DNA of 64,000 nucleotides from Dehalococcoidia bacterium (GTDB lineage Bacteria; Chloroflexota; Dehalococcoidia; Lucifugimonadales; UBA2985): NCBI GenBank assembly GCA_965219025.1, contig OZ244716.1, positions 7,812 to 71,811 of the forward strand, read 5' to 3'. Shown piece by piece: positions 9,897 to 18,509 of this stretch (position 1 is its first letter; each line of letters starts with the position of its first letter). The notes under the pieces were generated by a model. It saw only the letters and a program-made list of their open reading frames with translations, ran no database searches and was not told where the DNA came from. The position numbers and the translations under genes were made by a program.

Positions 9897-10139
9897 ATTT
9901 CTGTCCCTTTCTCCCAGCGTCTCCTCCCAGCATACACCCCGGCATCTCTTGATTCTTGAGACAGGCTCCTTTGTGCAGTTCGCTGTCCCGCTAAACCGGT
10001 GGGCGGCAGGCCACCCCGTTGTACCGTCAGACCATCCAGCATACCCAAAACCGGGGATAAGCCCGGCGCGCCCCATTGAACCATCACGTCGTTTGTGCTA
10101 GTATCACTAGCTAGAAAAATCACAATCCGCGGAGACAAT

Positions 10140-10646
10140 GTGGCCAGCGGAGAAAGCATCAGAGAGCGAATAAGCGGCGCTCTGGCCGGTCAATCGGCCA
10201 GGACGATAACTGTTCTCTCCTCGCTTCTTGCCATAGAGGACGAGTTGGGCTACATTCCTCCTCCGGCCATCGAGCAGGTGGCCAGCTTCACAGGCTCCAC
10301 AATCAACGACGTGTGGGGCGTGGCGTCCTTCTACACCAACTTCCGCTTTACGCCACCGGGCGAGCACGTTGTGGAGCTGTGCTGGGGGCCCACCTGTCAC
10401 CTGCTGGGCGCACAGCAGATAATCCAGGCCGCGCTCCAGTCGCTTGGCCTCGACGAGGAGGGTGACACGGCGGACGGCAAAATCTCGCTCAAGTACAACA
10501 CCTGCCTGGGCGCCTGCTCGCAGGGCCCGGTTATTAGCGTGGACCACAAGATTATCGGCCCGCAATCTCTCGGCACAACCGGAGGCGAGGCGATGAGCGA
10601 GCGCGTGGCCGAGTTGGTGTCCCGGCTGAGAAACGGGACGTCCTGA
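10140..10646 (+). CDS. nuoE: NuoE/HydC-like [2Fe-2S] subunit
   Basis: CWGPTCH...CLGACSQGP thioredoxin-like 2Fe-2S motif; VASFYTNF. GTG start after GGAGA is preferred to 10095. Confidence 0.85.
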   Translation: MASGESIRERISGALAGQSARTITVLSSLLAIEDELGYIPPPAIEQVASFTGSTINDVWGVASFYTNFRFTPPGEHVVELCWGPTCHLLGAQQIIQAALQSLGLDEEGDTADGKISLKYNTCLGACSQGPVISVDHKIIGPQSLGTTGGEAMSERVAELVSRLRNGTS

Positions 10647-10657
10647 GCGGAGTGAGC

Positions 10658-12403
10658 ATGCCAACCTTCGAAGAACTGCTGCAGGAAGCCCAAGCCCGCC
10701 TCCGAGAGTTGGAAGGCGGCGAGAAGCCGTGGATTCGCGTCGGAGCAGCCGTCTGCGGTGAGGCCGCGGGCGCCTCGGAGACACTGGCGGCGATCCGCGC
10801 GGAGCTCGAGAGCCGCGGCATCGACGCCAACGTCAGCATCGTCGGATGCCTTGGCCTGTGCTACGCCGAGCCCTTGGTGGACGTGCAGAAGCCGGGCGGG
10901 TCGCGTGTGTTCTATCGGAACGTGACGCCCGACAAGGCGGCAGAGCTAGTGGCGTCATGCGTGGCCGGCGACGACCTCAGGCCGGACATGGCCCTGGCCT
11001 ACACGGGCAGGGTCACCCTCGACGGAATCCCACGGCTGGACGACCTGCCGGTCTGGAGCAAGCAGGTGCGGATTGCCCTGCGGAATTGCGGCCACATAGA
11101 CCCGCTGGACATATACCAGTATGTCGCACAGGGCGGTTACGCCGCGCTGGAAAAGGCCGTCAACCGGATGAAGCCTGAGGACGTTCTAAAGGAGGTCCAG
11201 GACTCCGGCCTCCGGGGCAGGGGAGGGGCGGCGTTTCCGACAGGCACCAAGTGGAGCTTCTTGGCGCGCTCTCCCGGGCCGGTGAAGTACATTCTCTGCA
11301 ACTGCGAGGAGGGCGACCCGGGTGCGTACAACGACAAGGGTATCCTGGAGAGCGACCCGCACTCGCTCATTGAGGGGACGATACTGGCCGGTTACGCAAC
11401 CGGCGCATCCAACGGCGTGGTGTTCATTCGCCACGGCCACGAGGGGCCGATCCACCGAACGGAGCGCGCCATAGAGCAGGCGTATGAGCTGGGCCTGCTG
11501 GGCGACGACATTCTTGGCTCCGGCTTCAGCTTCCACGTGGAGGTTTCGCTCACGGGCGAGTCATACGTGGCCGGCGAGGAGACCGCGCTCATGGAGTCGG
11601 TGGAGGGAAAGCGGGCCATGCCGAGGTCGCGCCCGCCGTTCCCGGCGCAGTCCGGCGTGTGGGGGCTTCCCAGCAATATCAACAACATCAAATCTCTTGC
11701 ATACGTCTCGGAGATTGTATCGCGTGGAGGGGAGTGGTTCGCCGGAATTGGCACGGAGGGAAGCAAGGGCACGGCGATACTGTGCCTGTCCGGCAACATT
11801 GCGCTGCCCGGCATGGTTGAGGTGCCGATGGGCATGACCATTCGCGAGGTGATAGACGACGTGATGGGCGGCGTGCCCAACGGGCGCAAGGCCAAGTTCC
11901 TGCAAACGGGCGGCCCGCTCGGCGGCGTCCTGCCTGCGAACTTGCTCGACGTACAGCTGGATTTCGCGGCGATGGCACAGGCCGGCGCAATCCTTGGCTC
12001 TGGTGGCATCATCGTTGCCGACGACCGCGCCTGCGCCGTGAACATGACCCGCGTGCTGGTGGCCTTCTGCCAGTACGAGTCGTGCGGGAAGTGCTTCCCG
12101 TGCCGGCTGGGCATGACCAACCTCATCGAGATAGTGGAGCGGATATGCCGCTTCGAGAGCAGACCCGGGGACCTGGAGCTCATGCGAGTGGTGGGGCAGA
12201 ACATGGCAGCGGGTTCCCTCTGCGGCCACGGCCAGCTCGGATGGAACCCCGTCCAGTCGGCCCTGAGGTACTTCCAGGAAGATTTCGCGGCCCACATGGA
12301 GGAAGGTCGGTGCCCGACCGGGCAGTGCCTGACGCCCGTGTTCACGCCGCAACGGACCCGCTCGCGCTGGACGTCCGCCCAGCCCCTGGAGCTTAAATTC
12401 TAA
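10658..12403 (+). CDS. nuoF: NuoF/HydB-like FMN/NAD(H)-binding subunit with N-terminal thioredoxin-like domain
   Basis: GRGGAAFPTGTKW, EEGDPGA, GEETAL, ESCGKCFPCR and SLCGHG motifs. Confidence 0.9.
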   Translation: MPTFEELLQEAQARLRELEGGEKPWIRVGAAVCGEAAGASETLAAIRAELESRGIDANVSIVGCLGLCYAEPLVDVQKPGGSRVFYRNVTPDKAAELVASCVAGDDLRPDMALAYTGRVTLDGIPRLDDLPVWSKQVRIALRNCGHIDPLDIYQYVAQGGYAALEKAVNRMKPEDVLKEVQDSGLRGRGGAAFPTGTKWSFLARSPGPVKYILCNCEEGDPGAYNDKGILESDPHSLIEGTILAGYATGASNGVVFIRHGHEGPIHRTERAIEQAYELGLLGDDILGSGFSFHVEVSLTGESYVAGEETALMESVEGKRAMPRSRPPFPAQSGVWGLPSNINNIKSLAYVSEIVSRGGEWFAGIGTEGSKGTAILCLSGNIALPGMVEVPMGMTIREVIDDVMGGVPNGRKAKFLQTGGPLGGVLPANLLDVQLDFAAMAQAGAILGSGGIIVADDRACAVNMTRVLVAFCQYESCGKCFPCRLGMTNLIEIVERICRFESRPGDLELMRVVGQNMAAGSLCGHGQLGWNPVQSALRYFQEDFAAHMEEGRCPTGQCLTPVFTPQRTRSRWTSAQPLELKF

Positions 12404-12411
12404 GGAGAGCC

Positions 12412-15267
12412 ATGGCCTCTGCGATTACGGTTGTCATCGACGGGAAAGAGATAGTCACCCAGCCGGGTAAGACCATCATCCAGGCGGCCATGGATTCGGG
12501 ACTCTACATCCCGTATCTCTGCTACTACCCCGGCATGAAGCCGTTCGGGGCCTGCCGGATGTGCGTGGTCGAAGTCGAGAACGCCCGTGGCACCCCTGCG
12601 TCCTGCACGACGCCCGTAGCCGACGGCATGGTCGTGAACACCAACACGCCGCAGATCCAGGACCTCCGCAAGGGCATCACGGAGCTCATCATCTCCGAGC
12701 ATCCCCACGGCTGCCTCACTTGCCATCGCACCGACCTTTACGGCGCCGACCTGTGCGGGCCGGAGGACATCTGCCAGCGTCACGTGTCCGTCACCGACCG
12801 GTGCGTGGCCTGCCCCAAGAACGAGAGATGCGAGCTCAAGGACACCACGATCTACGTGGGCACCGGCCTGACCACGCCGCTCACGTACAAGTACCGCGAC
12901 CTTCCCGTAGTCACACAGGACCCCTTCTACGACATGGACTACAACCTCTGCATCGTGTGTGGACGGTGCGTACGCGCCTGCGAGGAGATCCGCGGGGACA
13001 GCGCCATCACGTTTACGGAGCGGTCGGGCATTTCGCTTGTTGGCCCCGCGCAGGGCACGTCGTTGCTGGAGTCAGGCTGCGAGTTCTGCGGCTCCTGCAT
13101 TGACGTTTGTCCCGTAGGAGCGCTAGTGGAGTCCTCGTTCAAGTGGGAGAAGGCTGTTGACACGGTCTCCACCACGTGCCCGCACTGCCCGGTGGGCTGC
13201 CAGCTGAAGCTGGAGGTCAACCGGAGGGGCAGGGTCATTCGCGCCATACCTGACCTGGAGGCCGAGGCAAACAGGGGCCAGGCCTGCTTCAAGGGCAAGT
13301 TCGGCCTGGAATTCGTCAACAGCCGCAGCAGGCTCAGAAACCCGTTGATCAGGCGGAACGGAGTGCTTGAGGAGGCGTCCTGGGAAGAGGCGATCTCACT
13401 CGTGGCAGAGAAGCTCGGAGAGTATAGGGGCGACTCCTTCGCCGCCATTGCTTCCTACCGCGGCACCAACGAAGAGAACTACCTGCTGCAGAAGTTCGCG
13501 CGCACGGTCATGGCCACCAACAACGTTGACCACGCCTCCAACCTGAAGCCGGAGCTAGCGAGGCCGCTGCAGGACGCTCTGGGGTACCAGGCCGCGACCA
13601 ACCCCGTGTGGGACCTGGACAACGCGGGCTGCATACTCACGGTGAGCACCAACGTCACCGAGGAGCACAACGTGGCCGCGGTGCCCGTCAAGCGGGCAGT
13701 GCAGAACGGCGCCAAGCTCGTCGTTATAGACCCGCGAGAGGTAGAGCTGACTCGCTACGCAACCGTATGGGTCCGGCCTAGGCCGGGCACCGAAGCCACG
13801 CTGATTGGCGGCATGCTGCGCGTAATCTCAGACGAGGTGCTGGAGGACCAGGAGTTCCTGCGAGACCGGTGCGAGAACCTGGACAGCCTCAAGAACTCGC
13901 TTTGGCGATTTGACATCAGCCGCGTGGAGGCTGTGACGGGCGTACCTCAGGAGGACATTCGCATTGCGGCCCGAACGTTCGCTGGCAACGGCCCCGCTGC
14001 CATCCTATACGCGCTGGACACCGTACCGGCGTCGGAGAGGGAAGCGTGCGTAAACGCAATCCTGGACCTCGCTCTCCTCACGGGCAACGTGGGCAGGCCT
14101 CACAGCGGCCTCTATCCGCTACGGCCGGGCACCAACGACCAGGGCTCGTGGGACGTGGGCTGCGTGCCGGACCTGTTGCCGGGCTACCGCTTGGTGGACG
14201 ACGCAGACGCGCGTTCGGTTCTGGGCGAGACGTGGGGCTCTGAGCCTCCGGCCGGCGAAGGGATTGGCGTACTCGATGCTTTTGACGCCGCATCCGATGG
14301 CCGCGTGAAGGCGATGATGGTGATCGGGGACAGCGCGTCCTACCACAGCGGCGAGCTGGGCAACGTTCTGGCCGCGGCCGGCAACCTCGAGTTCCTTGTG
14401 GTGCAGGACACCTTCCTCACCGGCCTGGCACAGGCTGCCCACGTGGTGCTGCCCTCAGGCACCTTCGCCGAGAAGGAGGGCACGTACACCAACCTCGAGC
14501 GCCGCGTGCAGCCCCTCAGGAAGGTCCTTGAAGTGCGCAACTCGAACGCCATGCCCGACTGGTGGATCGTCTGCGAGATCGCCAAGGCGATGGGCGCCCG
14601 GGGCTTCGACTATCACTGCCCGGCGCAGATACTCGACGAGATCTCCCGCGTGGTGCCAATGTACGCAGGCGTCGCTTACCAGCGGCTGCTCGCACGAGAG
14701 TCCGTTCTGCAACCGGTCTCGATGCCGAGCTACCCGCTTCCAAGCCAGCTGCTGCCCGCAACCGGCGGCCAGAACGCAGGCGTGCAGTGGCCCTGCACAT
14801 CGGCGGACGACGATGGCACGCCAATCCTCTACGGAGACCAGTTCGTTGCGGGCAAGGCGCACTTCATCCCATTGGAGATCAGAGAAGCGCCGGCCATGCC
14901 CACCACGGACGACTTTCCGCTGCTGCTGCTTCCGGGCCGGGTGCTGCACCAGTCGCAGCGGGAGCTGGATATCGTGCTGGTGGGGCAGAAGAACCGGATC
15001 CAAAGCGAGGAGACGCTCTGCATGCACCCCTCGGACGCGTCCGCGCTGGACGTGGCGGAGGGCGACGTGGTGGAGGTTATCTCCGCACGGGAGAGCATCC
15101 TCGCCAGGGCTTCGCTAACTGAGCTGAACCTGCCCGGCACGGTGTCAGTTACCTATCTCTTCGGCAACCTCATGACACAGCTGGAGAGCAGCGAGGACCC
15201 GGATGCAATGTCGCACGTGCCCGGCCTTCCGCTCACGCCCGTCAGGCTTGCGAAGGCAGAGGCCTAG
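12412..15267 (+). CDS. NuoG/formate-dehydrogenase-alpha-like Fe-S protein, molybdopterin-oxidoreductase fold, lacking the catalytic Cys/Sec
   Basis: 2Fe-2S (C..GACRMC..SC), His/Cys cluster, 2x[4Fe-4S] (CIVCGRCVRAC, CEFCGSCIDVC), CPHCPVGC..C. The active-site segment reads DHASNLKPE instead of D.CAR.(C/U)H. Confidence 0.8.
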   Translation: MASAITVVIDGKEIVTQPGKTIIQAAMDSGLYIPYLCYYPGMKPFGACRMCVVEVENARGTPASCTTPVADGMVVNTNTPQIQDLRKGITELIISEHPHGCLTCHRTDLYGADLCGPEDICQRHVSVTDRCVACPKNERCELKDTTIYVGTGLTTPLTYKYRDLPVVTQDPFYDMDYNLCIVCGRCVRACEEIRGDSAITFTERSGISLVGPAQGTSLLESGCEFCGSCIDVCPVGALVESSFKWEKAVDTVSTTCPHCPVGCQLKLEVNRRGRVIRAIPDLEAEANRGQACFKGKFGLEFVNSRSRLRNPLIRRNGVLEEASWEEAISLVAEKLGEYRGDSFAAIASYRGTNEENYLLQKFARTVMATNNVDHASNLKPELARPLQDALGYQAATNPVWDLDNAGCILTVSTNVTEEHNVAAVPVKRAVQNGAKLVVIDPREVELTRYATVWVRPRPGTEATLIGGMLRVISDEVLEDQEFLRDRCENLDSLKNSLWRFDISRVEAVTGVPQEDIRIAARTFAGNGPAAILYALDTVPASEREACVNAILDLALLTGNVGRPHSGLYPLRPGTNDQGSWDVGCVPDLLPGYRLVDDADARSVLGETWGSEPPAGEGIGVLDAFDAASDGRVKAMMVIGDSASYHSGELGNVLAAAGNLEFLVVQDTFLTGLAQAAHVVLPSGTFAEKEGTYTNLERRVQPLRKVLEVRNSNAMPDWWIVCEIAKAMGARGFDYHCPAQILDEISRVVPMYAGVAYQRLLARESVLQPVSMPSYPLPSQLLPATGGQNAGVQWPCTSADDDGTPILYGDQFVAGKAHFIPLEIREAPAMPTTDDFPLLLLPGRVLHQSQRELDIVLVGQKNRIQSEETLCMHPSDASALDVAEGDVVEVISARESILARASLTELNLPGTVSVTYLFGNLMTQLESSEDPDAMSHVPGLPLTPVRLAKAEA

Positions 15268-15456
15268 CGTACAGCCCGGCGCGGCGTCTCGCCGGCCCCC
15301 GCGGATGCCAAGTGGGCCCACTGTCGGTGCTTCTCTGTTCGGTTGTTGCCCGTTCTTGCCGATTAGCATAGCTTCTAGCGGGCGTCGACGGACTATTCCT
15401 CTGCGCGACGCCGTGCTGTAGAATTGCCTCATCCGCGCACCGGAGGTCGACCCACC

Positions 15457-17988
15457 TTGACCTCGCAGACCCCGCTCAGGCAGCAGTACCTACGCATCAA
15501 GCGGGAGCACCCGGACGCCCTGCTGCTCTTCCGCATGGGCGACTTCTACGAGACGTTCGACGAGGACGCGCGGCTGGCCGCCAGGGACCTTGAGATCGCG
15601 CTGACCTCGCGCGAGATGGGCAAAGGCCAGCGAGTCCCGCTTGCCGGCATTCCGTACCACGCACTTGAAAGCTACCTTGCCAGGCTGATCCGCAAGGGAC
15701 ATCGAGTGGCCATCTGCGAGCAGGTGGGGGACACTTCCGGGCCTGGGCTGGTGGAGCGTCGCGTCGTTCGGGTAGTCACGCCGGGCACTCTCACGGAGAC
15801 CTCGCTGCTGGAACAGAGCGCAAACAACTACCTGTCAGCCGTGACAATTCAGGGTGACGACGCGGGCCTGGCCTACGTGGACATAACCACAGGCGAGTTC
15901 TCCACCACACAGATCCCTGTCGACGACCTGCCCCTGGAGCTCGAGCGCCTGGGCACATCGGAGGTGGTGGCGCCGGAGGGCTGCGACGTTCCGCCTTCCG
16001 GGCACGACTTCCTGCTGACGTCCGAGGATCCCGCTACCTTCCGCCACGCCGAAGCCGAGCAGACGCTTCTGGACCACTTCGGCGTAGCTACGCTGGAGGC
16101 CTATGGCTGCCACGGTATGCCGCTGGCGATCGGCGCGGCCGGAGCCATCCTTGCATACCTCAACAAAACACAAAAAGCAGCCCTCGGACGGCTTCAAGGC
16201 CTGTACACCTACTCGCCGAGGGCCTTCATGGTGCTGGACCAGCAGACACGGCGCAACCTGGAGCTGTTCCAGTCCGGACGGTGGGGGGAGACGTCGCACT
16301 CCCTGCTGTCCACAATCGACCTGACGGCCACGCCTATGGGCGGACGCCTGCTCAGACGCTGGCTCGGGCAGCCGCTGCTCGACCTGGCGGAGCTTGAGCG
16401 TAGGCTTGACGCAGTGGAGGCCCTCCACGCCAACGGCCTGCGACGCGGCGAGGTCCTGGCTTGCCTGAAGGACATTCCGGACCTGGAGCGCCTGCTCGGC
16501 CGGACGGCCACGGGCATAGCCGCGCCGCGCGAGGTGGTTGCGCTAAAGGCCGGGCTGGAGTCTGCGTCGCGACTGCGCGCGCTGCTGGAGTCCAGCGAAG
16601 CGGTACCCACGTGGCTCTGGAACACGCTGGATCCATGCGAGGCCGTCACAACGCTCATCTCCCAGGCGCTGGAGGACTCGCCGGGCGAGGGCGGCACGAT
16701 TCGGAGGGGCTTCTCGCCGGAACTCGACGAGCTGCGGGACGCTTCTCGCAACGGGCGCGAGTACATTGCCGGTCTGGAGCGCAAAGAGCGGGACCACACA
16801 GGCATAAGGTCGCTTAAGGTTGGCTACAACCGCGTCTTCGGCTACTACATCGAGGTCAGTAACTCAAATCTGGGGCAGGTGCCGGACGACTACACCCGGC
16901 GACAGACCCTGGTGGGCGGTGAGCGGTTCATCACCCCCGAGCTGAAGGAGTACGAGTCGATGCTCCTGAACGCTCAGGAGCGCATGGAGGAGCTGGAGAA
17001 CACCCTCTTCCGGCAGGTGTGCGCCCAGGTAAGCGAGTACGACCGCGCGATCGCCGCGACGGCCTCCGCCGTCGGGAGTGCGGACGTGCTGTCCGCCCTC
17101 GCAGAGGTTGCCTCTCGCTTTGGCTACGTGCGACCCACGCTGAACCTCGAAGACGCCATCGAGATCAAGGACGGGCGGCATCCCATGGTGGAGCGTACCC
17201 TGCCCGCGGGCGCATTCGTGCCGAACGACACGCGCCTGAGCAGCAGCGACGCTCAGCTGGCCGTGATCACCGGCCCTAACATGTCCGGCAAGTCCACGTA
17301 CATCCGGCAGGTGGCGCTAATCGCGCTGCTGGCCCAGATAGGCAGCTTCGTGCCCGCGGACTCGGCCACGATAGGCCTGGTTGATCGTGTGTTCACACGT
17401 ATAGGCCTGCAGGACGACCTGTCCACGGGCCAGTCCACGTTCATGGTGGAGATGGTGGAAACCGCGGGCATCCTGCACCACGCGACGCCCCGTTCTCTGG
17501 TGGTGCTCGACGAGATTGGGCGGGGTACCAGCACCTACGACGGACTGGCAATCGCACGGGCCACCGCCGAGCACATACACAACAGCCCGCGGCTCGGGTG
17601 CAAGACGTTGTTCGCCACGCACTACCACGAGCTGACCAAGCTGGCGGACACGCTTCCGAGAGTGCGGAATCTGAACGTGGCGGCCGTGGAGTCGGAGGGC
17701 GGAGTTGTGTTCCTCCACCGCATCGTGCCGGGCGGCGCTGACAGGAGCTACGGAGTGCACGTGGCGCTGCTTGCCGGGATCCCGCCCTCGGTGGTGGCGC
17801 GGGCGTGGGACCTGCTCTCGGAGCTGGAGCGCGACGGGCTAAGAGCCACGCCCCGGCAGAGAAAGCTGTTCACGGTCGACAGCCCGGTGGTGGAGGAGCT
17901 GAAGCGGCTGGACGTATCGTCGATGACGCCGCTGGAGGCCATCACCGCCCTGTACGAGCTGCAGCGCCGCGCAAGCGAAGACGGGTAG
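15457..17988 (+). CDS. mutS: DNA mismatch repair protein MutS
   Basis: LFRMGDFYETF, TGPNMSGKST, DEIGRGTS, FATHYHEL. TTG 15457 follows GGAGG; TTG 15424 overlaps the -10 box TAGAAT at 15419-15424. Confidence 0.97.
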   Translation: MTSQTPLRQQYLRIKREHPDALLLFRMGDFYETFDEDARLAARDLEIALTSREMGKGQRVPLAGIPYHALESYLARLIRKGHRVAICEQVGDTSGPGLVERRVVRVVTPGTLTETSLLEQSANNYLSAVTIQGDDAGLAYVDITTGEFSTTQIPVDDLPLELERLGTSEVVAPEGCDVPPSGHDFLLTSEDPATFRHAEAEQTLLDHFGVATLEAYGCHGMPLAIGAAGAILAYLNKTQKAALGRLQGLYTYSPRAFMVLDQQTRRNLELFQSGRWGETSHSLLSTIDLTATPMGGRLLRRWLGQPLLDLAELERRLDAVEALHANGLRRGEVLACLKDIPDLERLLGRTATGIAAPREVVALKAGLESASRLRALLESSEAVPTWLWNTLDPCEAVTTLISQALEDSPGEGGTIRRGFSPELDELRDASRNGREYIAGLERKERDHTGIRSLKVGYNRVFGYYIEVSNSNLGQVPDDYTRRQTLVGGERFITPELKEYESMLLNAQERMEELENTLFRQVCAQVSEYDRAIAATASAVGSADVLSALAEVASRFGYVRPTLNLEDAIEIKDGRHPMVERTLPAGAFVPNDTRLSSSDAQLAVITGPNMSGKSTYIRQVALIALLAQIGSFVPADSATIGLVDRVFTRIGLQDDLSTGQSTFMVEMVETAGILHHATPRSLVVLDEIGRGTSTYDGLAIARATAEHIHNSPRLGCKTLFATHYHELTKLADTLPRVRNLNVAAVESEGGVVFLHRIVPGGADRSYGVHVALLAGIPPSVVARAWDLLSELERDGLRATPRQRKLFTVDSPVVEELKRLDVSSMTPLEAITALYELQRRASEDG

Positions 17989-18022
17989 GGTGGCTCGCGA
18001 CGCACGGTAACGGCAACTGCGC

Positions 18023-18052
18023 TTGCCCGCTCCCTAGGGCGGCTAGTATAAT
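18023..18052 (+). promoter_or_regulatory. Sigma70-like promoter between mutS and the HAD gene
   Basis: TTGCCC-N18-TATAAT. Confidence 0.6.
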
Positions 18053-18061
18053 TCAGTCCGG

Positions 18062-18499
18062 TTGCCGGCTGTGAACATCTTCTTCGACTGCGATTACACG
18101 ATCATCGCCATGAACGGCGGCCTTCGCCCCGGAGTCCGCGAGCTGTTCCAGCGCCTCACGGACAACGGACACACCCTCTACGTCTGGTCCGGCATGGGCA
18201 TTCGGTGGCGGGAGGTCCGCAGGCACAACCTGGAGCAGTTCGTCACCGACTGCTTCCACAAGCCCATATTCGACTACCGGAACCGCATGAAGACCCTGGG
18301 CGTCACGGTTGAGCCTGACCTGGTCATCGACGACTACCCGGACATCGTAGCCACCCTAGGCGGCGTCCGCGTCAAGGCCTACCTGTACGAGAACCAGGCC
18401 GACACGGAGATGGAGCGGATCTATCCAATAATCACGGCTCTCTGCGACAAGCTTTCGCCCCACGACGACGCCTGGCCGTCGTCGTGGGAGTGGGTATAG
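18062..18499 (+). CDS. Small cap-less HAD-superfamily phosphatase (NIF/FCP1-like)
   Basis: Motif I FFDCDYT, motif II VWSG, motif III HKP, motif IV VIDD; no cap domain. Confidence 0.7.
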   Translation: MPAVNIFFDCDYTIIAMNGGLRPGVRELFQRLTDNGHTLYVWSGMGIRWREVRRHNLEQFVTDCFHKPIFDYRNRMKTLGVTVEPDLVIDDYPDIVATLGGVRVKAYLYENQADTEMERIYPIITALCDKLSPHDDAWPSSWEWV

Positions 18500-18509
18500 G
18501 CGCGTCGCC

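Noticed and set aside
10093-10126. TTGTG...CACAA-like half sites upstream of nuoE resembling a Rex operator
   Set aside because: Spacing is 7 nt rather than 8 in one reading and the left arm mismatches in the other; too weak without a PWM scan.
13500-13600. Possible selenocysteine (TGA) at the FDH-like active site
   Set aside because: The reading frame is uninterrupted; there is no in-frame TGA or Cys at that position.
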